From Candidatus Eiseniibacteriota bacterium (GTDB lineage: Bacteria > Eisenbacteria > RBG-16-71-46), in NCBI GenBank assembly GCA_963707915.1, contig OY970178.1, forward strand, positions 1,056,001-1,120,000: a DNA stretch of 64,000 nucleotides, written 5' to 3'. The notes beneath the pieces were generated by a model. The model was given only the letters and a program-made list of their open reading frames with translations, had not been told where the DNA came from and did no database searches. Position numbers and translations under genes: made by a program. Position 1 is the stretch's first letter. Every line of letters starts with the position of its first letter. This document shows positions 25,621 through 37,255 of the stretch, in pieces.

Positions 25621-26766
25621 CTAGAATTCCTTCAGCAGGTGACGCGCGATGACCATGCGCTGCACCTCGCTGGTGCCCTCGCCGATGGTGCAGAGCTTCA
25701 CGTCGCGGTAGAACTTCTCGACCGGGTAGTCCTTGATGAAGCCGTAGCCGCCGTGGATCTGGACGGCCTCGTCGGCCACGCGGCAGGCGGTCTCGGAGCT
25801 GTGGAGCTTGGCCATGCTGGCGGCCTTGGCGTAGGGGCGCCGCTGGTCGCGCAGGTTCGCGGCCTGGTAGACCAGCAGGCGTGCCGCCTCGACCTGCACC
25901 TGCATGTCGGCCAGCTTGAACTGGATGCCCTGGTGCTCGGCGATGGGCCGGCCGAAGGTCTGGCGCTTCTTCGCGTAGCGCACGCTCTCCTCGAAGGCGC
26001 CCTGCGCCATCCCGAGGCCCAGCGCGGCGATGCTGATGCGCCCGCCGTCGAGCGTCTTCATGGCCTGCTTGAAGCCCACGCCCTCCTCGCCCAGCAGGTT
26101 CTCCGCCGGCACCCGCACGTCCTCGAGGATCAGCTCCGAGGTGTCGCTGGCGCGCATCCCCAGCTTGTTCTCCTGCTTGCCGGCGTGCAGCCCCTTCATG
26201 CCCTTCTCGACGATGAAGGCGCTGATGCCGTCGGTGCCGTGCCCCGGGCGCGTGCGCGCCATCACCACGGCGATCCCGCCCACGGTGGCATGCGTGATGA
26301 AGTTCTTGGTGCCGTTGATGACCCAGTCGCCGCCGTCCTGCCTCGCCACCGTGCGCAGCGCGCCAGCGTCGCTGCCGGCCCCGGGCTCGGTGAGCGCCCA
26401 GGCGCCGATCACCTTGCCGCTGGCGAGCGGCACGAGGTAGCGGCGCTTCTGCGCCTCGCTGCCCATGGCGAAGATGTGGTTGGAGCACAGGCTGTTGTGC
26501 GCCGCGATGCCCAGGCCCACGCTGCCGTCCACGCGGCTCAACTCCTCCACCACCACGGCGTACTCGAGGTAGCCCATGCCGGCGCCGCCGTACTCCTCGG
26601 GGAAGATCACGCCCATCATCCCCATCGCGCCGAGCTGCGCCATGACCTCCGCGGGGAAGGTCTTGGCTTCGTCCCACTCCATCACGTGCGGGCGGATCTC
26701 GTTCTCGGCGAAGCGTCGCACCTCCTCGCGGAGGGCGTTCACGTGCTCGGGCAAAGTGAAGTCCAT
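25621..26766 (-). CDS. Acyl-CoA dehydrogenase (short/branched-chain type)
   Basis: [37 protein letters not shown]. Confidence 0.93.
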   Translation of the reverse strand: MDFTLPEHVNALREEVRRFAENEIRPHVMEWDEAKTFPAEVMAQLGAMGMMGVIFPEEYGGAGMGYLEYAVVVEELSRVDGSVGLGIAAHNSLCSNHIFAMGSEAQKRRYLVPLASGKVIGAWALTEPGAGSDAGALRTVARQDGGDWVINGTKNFITHATVGGIAVVMARTRPGHGTDGISAFIVEKGMKGLHAGKQENKLGMRASDTSELILEDVRVPAENLLGEEGVGFKQAMKTLDGGRISIAALGLGMAQGAFEESVRYAKKRQTFGRPIAEHQGIQFKLADMQVQVEAARLLVYQAANLRDQRRPYAKAASMAKLHSSETACRVADEAVQIHGGYGFIKDYPVEKFYRDVKLCTIGEGTSEVQRMVIARHLLKEF

Positions 26767-26913
26767 GCGCTCCCCCGGTCGGGTGACGTCGTTTGGATGC
26801 AGGCTCGGCGGCAAACATACCGTGCGAAGATGCTTCTTCGCGGTGGGACCAATGGACCACACCGGACCGGCCGGGGCCGCGAGCGTCCGGCCGGACGTAC
26901 GTCGAGCAAATGG

Positions 26914-26946
26914 AACGGCCCGCCCCCCGGTCGGGGACGGGCCGTT
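26914..26946 (-). terminator. Stem-loop downstream of the OYE gene
   Basis: ACGGCCCG...CGGGCCGT inverted repeat between OYE stop and acyl-CoA dehydrogenase promoter region. Confidence 0.4.
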
Positions 26947-27007
26947 GTCTGCACAGGCGCAACGCGTTAGCCGCTCTGCTTCATCCTGTCGGTGAGGCCG
27001 GTACCGG

Positions 27008-28126
27008 TCAGACCGGAGACGCCGCCTGCGTCTCGCCGGCTGCGTCCAGCGCCGGGTAGTCCGTGTAGCCCTTCGGCCCGGGCGTGTAGAACGTCGCGAA
27101 GTCGGGTGGATTGAGCGCCAGCCCGCGCTCCAGCCGCGTGATCAGGTCGGGATTGGCGAGGAACGGCCGGCCGAAAGCCACCAGGTCGCACCGGCCCTCG
27201 CGCAGCGCCGCCTCGGCGCCCGCCCGGTCGAAACCGCCGGCCAGGATGAAGGTGCGGGGCCACGCCTTCCGCAGCGCGGACTTCAGGCTCGCCGGCACCG
27301 TCGGCGCGCCCATCGACGAGTGGTCCACGACGTGGACGTACTGGATGCCGATGGACGCCAGCTTCGGCACGAGCGTGGCGTAGGTCTCGTCGATCTCGGG
27401 ATAGGGCTTCATGCCGGCGTTCGCCCCGTACGGCGAGAGCCGGATGCCGACCCGCGCGCCGCCGATCGCCGCGGTCACCGCCCGCGCCGCCTCGAGCGCA
27501 AAGCCGAGCCGCTTCTCCACCGAGCCGCCCCACGCGTCGGTGCGCAGGTTCGTGTGCGGGTTGAGGAACTGCTCGATCAGGTAGCCGTTGGCGCCGTGCA
27601 ACTCGACCCCATCGAAGCCCGCGGCGATCGCGTTGCGCGCAGCCAGCACGTACGAGTCGATGGCCTGGCGCACGTCGTCCTCGCTCATCGCCCGCGGCAC
27701 CGGGTACGGCTGCATGCCTTGCGCGTCGGTGTACATCCGGCCGTCGACCGCGACCGCGCTGGGGGCGACCACCTCGGCGCCCGCGGGCAGGTTGAGCGGA
27801 TGGCCCACCCGCCCGGTGTGCATCAGCTGCGCGAAGATGCGGCCGCCCTTGGCGTGGACCGCTTGCGTGACCTTCTTCCAGCCCCCGACCTGCGCGGCCG
27901 ACCAGAGGCCCGGGATGCGGGCGTAGCCGGTGCCGTTGGGCGCGGGCGAGGTGCCCTCGGTGATGATGAGCCCCGCGTCCGCCCGCTGGCCGTAGTACTC
28001 GGCCATCAGGTCGTTGGGCGTGCCGCCCTCGGCGGCGCGGCTGCGCGTCATGGGCGCCATCACGGCGCGGTTGCGCAGGACCAGCGGGCCGAGCGTGGCG
28101 GGCGAGAACAGGGAAACGTCTGCCAT
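27008..28126 (-). CDS. Old yellow enzyme / NemA-like alkene reductase
   Basis: [47 protein letters not shown]. Confidence 0.93.
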   Translation of the reverse strand: MADVSLFSPATLGPLVLRNRAVMAPMTRSRAAEGGTPNDLMAEYYGQRADAGLIITEGTSPAPNGTGYARIPGLWSAAQVGGWKKVTQAVHAKGGRIFAQLMHTGRVGHPLNLPAGAEVVAPSAVAVDGRMYTDAQGMQPYPVPRAMSEDDVRQAIDSYVLAARNAIAAGFDGVELHGANGYLIEQFLNPHTNLRTDAWGGSVEKRLGFALEAARAVTAAIGGARVGIRLSPYGANAGMKPYPEIDETYATLVPKLASIGIQYVHVVDHSSMGAPTVPASLKSALRKAWPRTFILAGGFDRAGAEAALREGRCDLVAFGRPFLANPDLITRLERGLALNPPDFATFYTPGPKGYTDYPALDAAGETQAASPV

Positions 28127-28261
28127 GGATATCCACTCCAGTCGGGGACGGCTTCGGTCGTCGAAGGGCGGCGCTGTGAGGGCAGGACTCGGAAAGGCGA
28201 TACCCCTTGGATGCAGGCACCCGCGCGCGGGTGCCAGGGAAGCTGCGCCGGCCCGATCTCC

Positions 28262-29947
28262 CTACCGCCGCCCCCGGCCGTCCTGTTCCAGTGACTTCTT
28301 CCTCGCCGCCTCGAACTCGTCCCCCGGGTACCACGACGGGCGCCCGGCGCCGTTCGCCACCTCGAGGCCGACGAGGTAGCCGAGTCGCGTGTCCTCGACC
28401 ATGCCGGAGAGGTCCCACTCGGGCCGGATCTCGTCGCTCGGCTGGTGGTAGTGCAGCCGCCGGAAGTCGGCGTCCTTCTGCCTGCCCCATTCCTCGGGCC
28501 GTCCGATGAATGCCCTCCCCGACTTGAAGTAGAGCGCGGGCACTCCGGCCCGGGCGAGACTCAGCTGGTCCGAACGGTAGTAGTAGCCCTTGTCCGGTTC
28601 GGGGTCGTCCACCAGCGTACGTCCCTGGGTCGCGGCGGCGGCGGCAAGGAGGTCTTCGAGGTCCGACTTGCCCTTGCCGATGACCGAGACGTCCGAGGTG
28701 CGGCCGAGCACGTTGCCGCCGTCGAAGTTGATGTCGGCCGCGATGCGGGCGAGCGGGACGGTGGGGTGGGCCGCGTAGTACTGCGAGCCGACCAGACCCT
28801 GTTCCTCGCCCGCGACGAACAGCGCGATCACGCTGCGGGCCGGCCGCGGCCGCGTGGCGGCGAAGGCCCCGGCCAGCGCGAGCACCTGCGCACAGCCGGA
28901 GGCGTTGTCCAGGGCCCCGTTGTTGATGCGGTCCCCGGTGGCATCGGGCTCGCCGACCCCGAGATGGTCGTGGTGGGCGGTGAAGACGACCGCCTCGTCG
29001 CGAAGCCCGGGGTCGCCCCCGGGCAGCAGCCCGACGACGTTCGCGGTCTCGGTCTCCTCGACCGTGACGTCGAACGCCAGCGAGGTCCTGACACCCAGCG
29101 GGACCGGCCTGAACTCGCGCCGGCGTGCCGCCGCGACGAGCGAATCCAGGTCTTTGCCGCCCAGCGCGCACATCCGGCGCACCGCCGGCTCGGTCAGCCA
29201 GCTCTTGAACCCGAGCCGCGGCTCGCCCGCCGCCGGCACCTCGAACTGGGTCCCCGCCCACGAGCGCTGCACCACGTTCCAGCCGTAGCCCGCCGACTCC
29301 TCGGTGTGGAGGATGATCGCGGCGGCCGCGCCCTGGCGCGCTGCGGCGTCGTACTTGTAGTCCCAGCGCCCGTAGAACAGGCGCTTCTTCCCGGCGAACA
29401 ACGCCGGGTCCCAATCGGGGTCGCTGTTCAGGATGAGGAGGATCTTGCCCTTCAGGTCGGCGCCCTTGAAGTCGTCCCACTGGAACTCCGGGGCCTGGAT
29501 GCCGTAGCCCACGAAGACGACCTCGGTCTCGGGGACGGAGACACGCGGAGTCTGCACACCGCTCCCGCCGATGAAGTCCTCGCCCCAGCGGAACGCGGCA
29601 TCCCCCGCCGGGCCGGCGAAGCGCCAGGTGTCGAGGTTCCGCGTCGTCAGGCCCACCAGCGTGATGGGCTGCTCCCACGAACCGGCCGCGCCACCCGGCT
29701 CGAAGCCGATCTCGCGCAGGCGCCGCGCGAGGTAGCCCCGCGCCCTGCGGTCGCCCGCGGTGCCCGGGAAGCGACCCTCCATCGAGTCCGCCGACAGGGC
29801 CTCGGTGTCGTGGAGGATCGCCGAAGCGCCGATGCGCGCCTGGGCGTCCCGGGAGCCCGGGGACGACGCGGCCACGGCGACGGGACCGCCAAGGCCCAGG
29901 AGCAGGAGCGTGAGGGACGCGGGGAGCACGCGCAGCGCGGATGACAT
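28262..29947 (-). CDS. M28 family aminopeptidase with PA domain, exported
   Basis: TAHHDHLG, NGALDNASG, GEEQGL, RSDQ, YHQPSD; signal peptide. Confidence 0.9.
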   Translation of the reverse strand: MSSALRVLPASLTLLLLGLGGPVAVAASSPGSRDAQARIGASAILHDTEALSADSMEGRFPGTAGDRRARGYLARRLREIGFEPGGAAGSWEQPITLVGLTTRNLDTWRFAGPAGDAAFRWGEDFIGGSGVQTPRVSVPETEVVFVGYGIQAPEFQWDDFKGADLKGKILLILNSDPDWDPALFAGKKRLFYGRWDYKYDAAARQGAAAAIILHTEESAGYGWNVVQRSWAGTQFEVPAAGEPRLGFKSWLTEPAVRRMCALGGKDLDSLVAAARRREFRPVPLGVRTSLAFDVTVEETETANVVGLLPGGDPGLRDEAVVFTAHHDHLGVGEPDATGDRINNGALDNASGCAQVLALAGAFAATRPRPARSVIALFVAGEEQGLVGSQYYAAHPTVPLARIAADINFDGGNVLGRTSDVSVIGKGKSDLEDLLAAAAATQGRTLVDDPEPDKGYYYRSDQLSLARAGVPALYFKSGRAFIGRPEEWGRQKDADFRRLHYHQPSDEIRPEWDLSGMVEDTRLGYLVGLEVANGAGRPSWYPGDEFEAARKKSLEQDGRGRR

Positions 29948-30204
29948 GGGACCTCCAGGAACTGGGCGTCGGGCCGGGCGCGGGCCGAGGGCGCGGCACT
30001 CGACCTGCTCGTGCCCGCTCGGTGCTCGACACCCGCTCGGTCCGTGCCTGCGCACAGGATGTCGCGTCGGCCCGCAGAGGGCAAGCGCCTCGCGCGCCGC
30101 GCGCCGGGCGGGCGCGACGCCCGCGCGGCCGAGGGGGCGATTCGCCTACTCATCGCCCGCCATCTATGGCACCATCCGGCCTCCCGCCAACCAGGAGGCT
30201 GACC

Positions 30205-32736
30205 TTGCGTCACGTGACCCCGCTCCTGCTCGCCCTGTCCATCGTGGCCCCGTGCTCCGCCCGCGCCGCGGTGATCCCGACGCCGAGCGAACATCTCAAG
30301 ATGGCCATCGGCGCCGACCGCGTGCTGGCGGACTACCGACAGATCCGTGCCTACTTCGCCGAGCTCGACCGTCTCTCGCCGCGCGTGCAGGTCGAGGACC
30401 TCGGCCCCACCACGCTGGGCGAGCCCATGATCATGGCGGTGATCTCGTCCGAGGCGAACCTCGCGCGCCTGCCCCGCCTGAAGGAGATCGCGCGGCGGCT
30501 CAGCGACCCGCGCGGACTCAGCGCCGGCGGGATCGACTCGCTGGCACGCGAGGGCCGGACGATGCTGCTGGTGACCTGCAACATCCACTCCACCGAGATC
30601 GCCGCCTCGCAGATGGCGATGGAATGGGCACACGCGCTCGCCACCGCCGACGACCCCGAGACGCTCCACCGCCTCGACCAGGTGGTGCTGCTGCTGGTGC
30701 CCTCGCTCAATCCCGACGGCCAGATCATGGAGACCGAGTGGTACCGCAAGTACCTCGGCACGCGCTACGAGGGCGGGCGCATGCCGTGGCTCTACCACCC
30801 CTACACCGGGCACGACGACAACCGCGACTGGTTCATGCTCACACAGAAGGAGTCGCAGGCGATGTCGCGCGCGGTCTACAAGGAGTGGTTCCCCCAGGTG
30901 TGGCTCGACGAGCACCAGATGGGCGCCACGGGGCCGCGCCTGTTCCTGCCGCCCTACTCCGAGCCGGTGGCCCCCGAGATCCACCCGCTGGTGTGGCGCG
31001 AGGTCAACCTGATCGGCTCGCAGATGGCGCTGCGCCTCGAGCAGGCGCGGAAGTCGGGGGTGATCTACGGCTACCAGTTCGACGCCTACTGGCCGGGCGG
31101 CACCAAGAACACCGCGTGGTTCAAGAACATCTCCGGCCTGCTCACCGAGGCGGCCTCGGTGCGCGTCGCCACGCCGGTCTACGTGGAGCCGAACGAGCTG
31201 AGCGGCGATCGCAAGGGCCTGATCGACTACCGGCCGCAGACCAACTTCCCGAGCCCGTGGCCGGGCGGCTGGTGGCGCCTGCGCGACATCATGGACTACG
31301 AGCGCATCGCCTCGGACGCGCTGCTCGAGACCTGCGCGCAGCACCGCGAGGACATGCTGCGCGACATGGCGGCGCGGGCGAACGCGTCGATCGCGCAGGC
31401 GCAGCCGGGTGAGGCGTTCCGCATCCCGCGCACGCAGCGCGACTGGCCCACCGCGCTGCGGCTCGCGGCGCTGCTCGACGCGCACAACGCCGAGGTCGCC
31501 GAGGGCCCCGGCGGCGACCTGTGGGTGCCGCTGGCCCAGCCCTACGGGCTGTTCGTGCGCGAGATGCTGACCGCGCAGCGCTACCCGGAGGTGAAGCTGG
31601 TGCCCGGGAAGGACATCGTGCGCCCCTACGACGTGGCGGCGTGGTCGCTGCCGCTGATGATGGGCGTCACCGTGGAGCGGGGCACGCTGCCGGCGGGGAC
31701 GCGGCAGTACGTGCCCGCGAGCGCCGCGGGCGAAGCGCCGGCCGGCGGGGCCGCGCTGGCGCCGGGCGTGGAATCGGCACGCGCCCTGAACGCCGCGCTG
31801 CGCAGCGGCGGGCGCGTGAGCGTCGCGCGCGAGGCGGTCGAGGCCGCGGGCACGAGCTGGCCGGCGGGCACCGCGTTCCTCGACCACGCGGCCGCGCTCG
31901 CCGCGGCGAAGGCCCTGGCGCCGGGCGTCACGCTGGTGCCGGCCGAAGTCGCGCCGGCGAATGCCGCGACCTTGACCGCTCCGCGCGTCGGCCTCTACAA
32001 GCCGTGGCTGGCGTCCACCGACGAGGGCTGGACCCGCTTCATCCTCGAGACCTACGGCTTCGCGCCGGCCTCGCTCGACAACGCCACCTTGAAGAAGGGC
32101 GGCCTGCGCGCGCGCTTCGACGTCATCGTGCTGCCCGACCTCGCCAGGGAGGTCATCGCCACCGGGCGGCCCAAGCGCGACGAGGGCGCGATGACCTACT
32201 TCGCGGAGCTGCCGCCCGAGTACCGCGGCGGGCTCGAGGCCGATGGGGCGAAGGCGCTCAAGGAGTTCGTCGAAGCCGGCGGCACGCTGGTGGCGCTCGC
32301 CGGCTCGTGCGGCTACGTGACCGAGCAGTTCAACGTCCCCGTGGTCAACACCCTGGCGCGCGCCAGGCCCGACGAATTCGCGTGTCCGGGCTCGCTGCTG
32401 CGCGCCCACGTCACCGCCGGGCACCCGGTCACCTGGGGGCTGCCGGACGAGACCGCACTGTTCGTGGACCAACCGATCGCCTTCCAGACCGCGCCGCCGG
32501 CGCCCGACGTGAAGCGCTGGGTGCTCGCGAGCTATCCCGACGACCCGCGCGACGTGCTGCTCTCGGGCTGGATCAGCGGCGAGGAGCGCATCGTTCGGCG
32601 GGCGGCCGCGGTGGCGATGACCTACGGCCAGGGCCGGCTCGTGCTGCTCGGCTTCCGCGCCCAGAACCGGGCGCAGACCGACGCCACCTTCCCGTTCCTG
32701 TTCAACGCGCTCTACTGGTCGGCGATGAAGGAGTAG
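30205..32736 (+). CDS. M14 zinc carboxypeptidase family protein, exported
   Basis: AGGAGG SD then TTG 30205; NIHSTE, SLNPDG, DNRD, LDEHQM; C-terminal glutamine-amidotransferase-like region. Confidence 0.85.
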   Translation: MRHVTPLLLALSIVAPCSARAAVIPTPSEHLKMAIGADRVLADYRQIRAYFAELDRLSPRVQVEDLGPTTLGEPMIMAVISSEANLARLPRLKEIARRLSDPRGLSAGGIDSLAREGRTMLLVTCNIHSTEIAASQMAMEWAHALATADDPETLHRLDQVVLLLVPSLNPDGQIMETEWYRKYLGTRYEGGRMPWLYHPYTGHDDNRDWFMLTQKESQAMSRAVYKEWFPQVWLDEHQMGATGPRLFLPPYSEPVAPEIHPLVWREVNLIGSQMALRLEQARKSGVIYGYQFDAYWPGGTKNTAWFKNISGLLTEAASVRVATPVYVEPNELSGDRKGLIDYRPQTNFPSPWPGGWWRLRDIMDYERIASDALLETCAQHREDMLRDMAARANASIAQAQPGEAFRIPRTQRDWPTALRLAALLDAHNAEVAEGPGGDLWVPLAQPYGLFVREMLTAQRYPEVKLVPGKDIVRPYDVAAWSLPLMMGVTVERGTLPAGTRQYVPASAAGEAPAGGAALAPGVESARALNAALRSGGRVSVAREAVEAAGTSWPAGTAFLDHAAALAAAKALAPGVTLVPAEVAPANAATLTAPRVGLYKPWLASTDEGWTRFILETYGFAPASLDNATLKKGGLRARFDVIVLPDLAREVIATGRPKRDEGAMTYFAELPPEYRGGLEADGAKALKEFVEAGGTLVALAGSCGYVTEQFNVPVVNTLARARPDEFACPGSLLRAHVTAGHPVTWGLPDETALFVDQPIAFQTAPPAPDVKRWVLASYPDDPRDVLLSGWISGEERIVRRAAAVAMTYGQGRLVLLGFRAQNRAQTDATFPFLFNALYWSAMKE

Positions 32737-33874
32737 CGCCTCCGCGGGGGAGATGCCGCCGGGGGCCCGGGAGCGGAACGCTGCGAGACGCTGGAGCCCG
32801 GCCTACGTCAGCCCGTAGCGCTTCGCCCGGTTGATGAGCGTCGTGCGCGGCAGGCCGAGGATCCGGGCCGCCTCGGTGCGCGAGCCGCGGGCCTGGGCGA
32901 GCGCCTCCCCCATGCGGCGGCGCTCGGCCTGCTCCAGTTCCTCGACCAGCGTCGTCGGGACCTCGGAGTTCTCGAGCTGGAGACTCTCGGGCGTCACCTC
33001 GTGATCTTCCGCACCCAGCAGGACCACGCGCTTGATCACCGAGCGCAACTGGCGGATGTTGCCCGGCCAGGAGTACCCGGCGAGTCGCCGGATCGCGGCG
33101 GGCGACAAGCGCACCTGCCGCTTCGCCGCCGTGCAGGCCTCCTGCAGGAAATGCTCGACCAGCAAGCCGACATCGTCCCCCCGCTGTCGCAGCGGCGGCA
33201 GCACGATCACGGCGTGGGCCAACCGATAGTAGAGGTCGATCCGGAACCCATCGCCCCGCTCGAGCGCGGCGCGCTCGCGATTGGTCGCCGCGATGATCCG
33301 CGTGTCCACGGCGACATTGGAGTTGGAGCCCACGCGCCGGACCTCGCCGGTCTCGAGGAAGCGCAGCAGGCGCGACTGGAGCTCGACCGGCATCTCGGCG
33401 ATCTCGTCGAGGAACGCGGTGCCCTTGTCGCAGACCTCGAACATGCCCGGCTTGTCGCGGCTTGCACCCGTGAACGAGCCCGCCACGTGGCCGAACAGCT
33501 CGCTCTCGATGATCTCCCGCGGCAGCGAACCCGCGTTGATGGCCATGAACGTGCCCTTGCGCAGGGAGAGGGCATGGATGCCCCGCGCGATCAACTCCTT
33601 GCCGGTTCCCGACTCGCCCAGGACCAGCATCGGCGTCTGGCTCGCCGCGAGCTTGGCCACGTCGTCGAGCAGGGCCAGCATGGCCGGGTTGCGCGTGACG
33701 AGCCTGAAGTTCTCGAACGCCCATGCCGCACGGCGGTCGACGTCCGTCGAGCGACGCGGGCGACGCGGCGCGTGCCGCTCGTCGGCCAGGGCCGCGTCGG
33801 CCACCCGCCCGGCGGCTTCGCCGTGCGGCTGCACCTGAACCGCGCCGGGTTCTCCGGAGAGCTCCGGACTTGAG

Positions 33875-35103
<1,229 letters not shown>

Positions 35104-36604
35104 GACTCCATCCTCTCAGGCAATGGAGCCTCCGGGAAACCCGGCGCGGTTCACACCAGCTTCTCGATCCGCGCCTTCGCCTCGGCCAGCTTCGCCTCGG
35201 CGCCCATCCCGTCAAAGTGGTTGCGCGCAGCCTGGTAGGCTTCGAGAGCGCCCTTGCGATCCGCGTAGGCGCCCGAATGCGGCCCCAGCAGCCAGTCCCC
35301 GTAGGCCATCCAGAGCTTGCCCCACTCGTAGGGGGTCGCGATCTCGTCGAAGAAGGCGAAGCCTTCGTCGAACCACTTCCTGGCCTCGTCCGGCCTCCCG
35401 GTGGCACCCGCGCTCAGAGCCATGATTCGATAGGTGGCGGCTTCTTCGTAGCGGTCGCCAACCCTCTGAAAGTGCTCCAGGGCGGACTTAGCTTCGGCGT
35501 AGGCCGCTTCGTGGCGGCCGAGGAGGCAGTAGCACTCCGCTACCCGACGGCGGAGATCAGCAACGACATCGCCCTTCGGGAACACGGCCAGCGCCTTTCG
35601 GTAGACCTCTTCGTACTGAGTCAGTGCCCCGGCCGCATCGCCGTGCTCCAAGGTCACATCACCCAGATACTCGGCGGCGAGGAGTGCCGCTCGCGATTCC
35701 CGGGAAGGCACGTCCCATCCCGGAATCGCTCGACAGAGGTCCGCCGCCAGAGTCCACCTCCCCTGATGCATCAGGGCGGCAGCCTTTATCAGCTTCGCGT
35801 AGGACAGCGCTGATTGGTCCTCCGAATCGCCTCCGCTAGCAATGCACGTGTCAATGATCTGGAGTGCCTTCTCAATACTCCCACGTCTCCAGTGAAGCAT
35901 GGCCACGCCGCGGCGCGCGTGGCTAAGTTGCCTCCGATTGCCAGCTGCTTCGTGAATCTGCAGCGAGGCCTCGCTTGCCTCCATTGCCTCCGCCCATCTG
36001 CAGAACACACGTTCAAGCATGGCGCGGTTTTCGACCGCAATACCCTCACTCGCCTTGTTTCCCGAACGTCGGGCCGACACGAGACCGTCGAGTGCAAGAT
36101 CGCGCGCGGTCTTGAAGTCGCCCAAGATCGTGTGCGCTGCAGAGAGTTGGATTGTGCAATCCGCAAGAAGATGGGAATCCGGTTGCGTGAGCAGGCGCTC
36201 CCTCAACTTGCTCAATCTGCGAATCGCCTCCTCGGGCCGATTAAGTAGCCACAAGCTTGTTCCCTGCAAGAGTCGAACGCGACAGGCAATTTCGGGCAGC
36301 CTCTGTAGGAGTTCAGGGCAACGCGCCTCAGTGGTCTCTGCCAACTCGAGCGCCTCCGCGTAGCGCCCAACGGAATTCAAGACAGCGACCTTTGCTATCT
36401 CCGCTCTCAACACAATCTCTGCAGTCAGGAACTTGCCTAGTGGCTCAAGTGCAGCTAAGAGACTCATAGCTACGCGGGCCTCGCCCGCAGCAATCAAGTC
36501 CTCGCAGAGTCGGATGGCGGATTCAGCCAAGGGCTGCTGCGCCTGCTCCAAAGGCCCTTCCATCAGGAGCTTCATGAGCGAGGCTGCGCGATCAAGCACT
36601 CTGG

Positions 36605-36895
36605 TCATCGCTTCACCCACGGGCGAGGCGCACACGGCGCAACCCACACTCGCGCAGGAAGCAAGGCACTCAGTGCCACAGTGGCCAAGCTGACAGAGAG
36701 ACCGCTGGGGGCAAGAACAGATGGGAACCACACTCGGCGCGGGAGAATGAATCGGGTTGTAGGGGGTACGTCTGGCTCCCCCATCTCCTGCGTCGGCTTC
36801 GGATCTCCTGGCGTGAGCCGCGGCGCGATGATCCTGGCGCCTCCCTCCCGTGGGTCAAAGACCAGCGTCGCGATCAGGAGCAGTGTGGTCACCAT
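36605..36895 (-). CDS. Small hypothetical exported/membrane precursor-like protein (96 aa from ATG; possibly 119 aa from ACG 36964)
   Basis: Stop overlaps the TPR-EBP start (ATGA); hydrophobic N-segment, Pro/acidic core (PGDPKP...MGEPDVPP), hydrophobic C-segment. Confidence 0.5.
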   Translation of the reverse strand: MVTTLLLIATLVFDPREGGARIIAPRLTPGDPKPTQEMGEPDVPPTTRFILPRRVWFPSVLAPSGLSVSLATVALSALLPARVWVAPCAPRPWVKR

Positions 36896-37122
36896 CGCCA
36901 CCCCGACACGAGGATGCCCCTTCGCTGGCGCCCTCGGAGCCCTGCCTCCGTGCGAATCCGGCGTCGCTGCCTCCTCCAGATCGGTCCCGAAGAACGCAAA
37001 ACGGCCCTGCGCCGACGGCAAGGGGCCATCAGCGTAGGGCCGGGGGCAAGTCTCGGTTCGGAACGGAGGGGGTGCGGCCATGAGAATCCCGATCCAGACT
37101 ACCGGTTCACCTGACGCATATG

Positions 37123-37151
37123 AGCCTAGGCTGGCGATGCCGACCGGTCAA
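37123..37151 (-). promoter_or_regulatory. Putative sigma-70 promoter for the small ORF / TPR-EBP unit
   Basis: TTGACC (37151-37146), 17 bp, TAGGCT (37128-37123). Confidence 0.6.
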
Positions 37152-37190
37152 GCCCCATTTCATCCGCTGCGCACCGCACTCCCATATGCC

Positions 37191-37222
37191 AAAGAGGCCA
37201 GCCCGTGCGGGGCTGGCCTCTT
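37191..37222 (-). terminator. Rho-independent terminator after the second M16 pair
   Basis: 13-bp perfect stem AAGAGGCCAGCCC / GGGCTGGCCTCTT ending in TCTTT on the minus strand. Confidence 0.7.
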
Positions 37223-37255
37223 CGATCCGGGCCTCCCGGGCCCTGCGTCCCTTCC

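Noticed and set aside
26808..26885. c-di-GMP-I riboswitch (GGCAAAC...GGGAC)
   Set aside because: Lacks the following GCAAAG, and is on the strand with no downstream gene.
30166..30181. Sigma-54 site before the M14 gene (TGGCACCATCCGGC)
   Set aside because: GG to GC spacing is 9 rather than 10.
36609..36731. Cys-rich N-terminal extension (MVPICSC...) of the TPR ORF as a RiPP or metal-binding leader
   Set aside because: It overlaps the Val/Leu/Ala-rich small ORF in another frame, which generates TGC/TGT codons. The ATG at 36608 with an ATGA overlap is the better start.
37015..37040. Fluoride riboswitch (GCTGATGGCCCCT)
   Set aside because: The matching 5' GGCGATGG-type element is absent.
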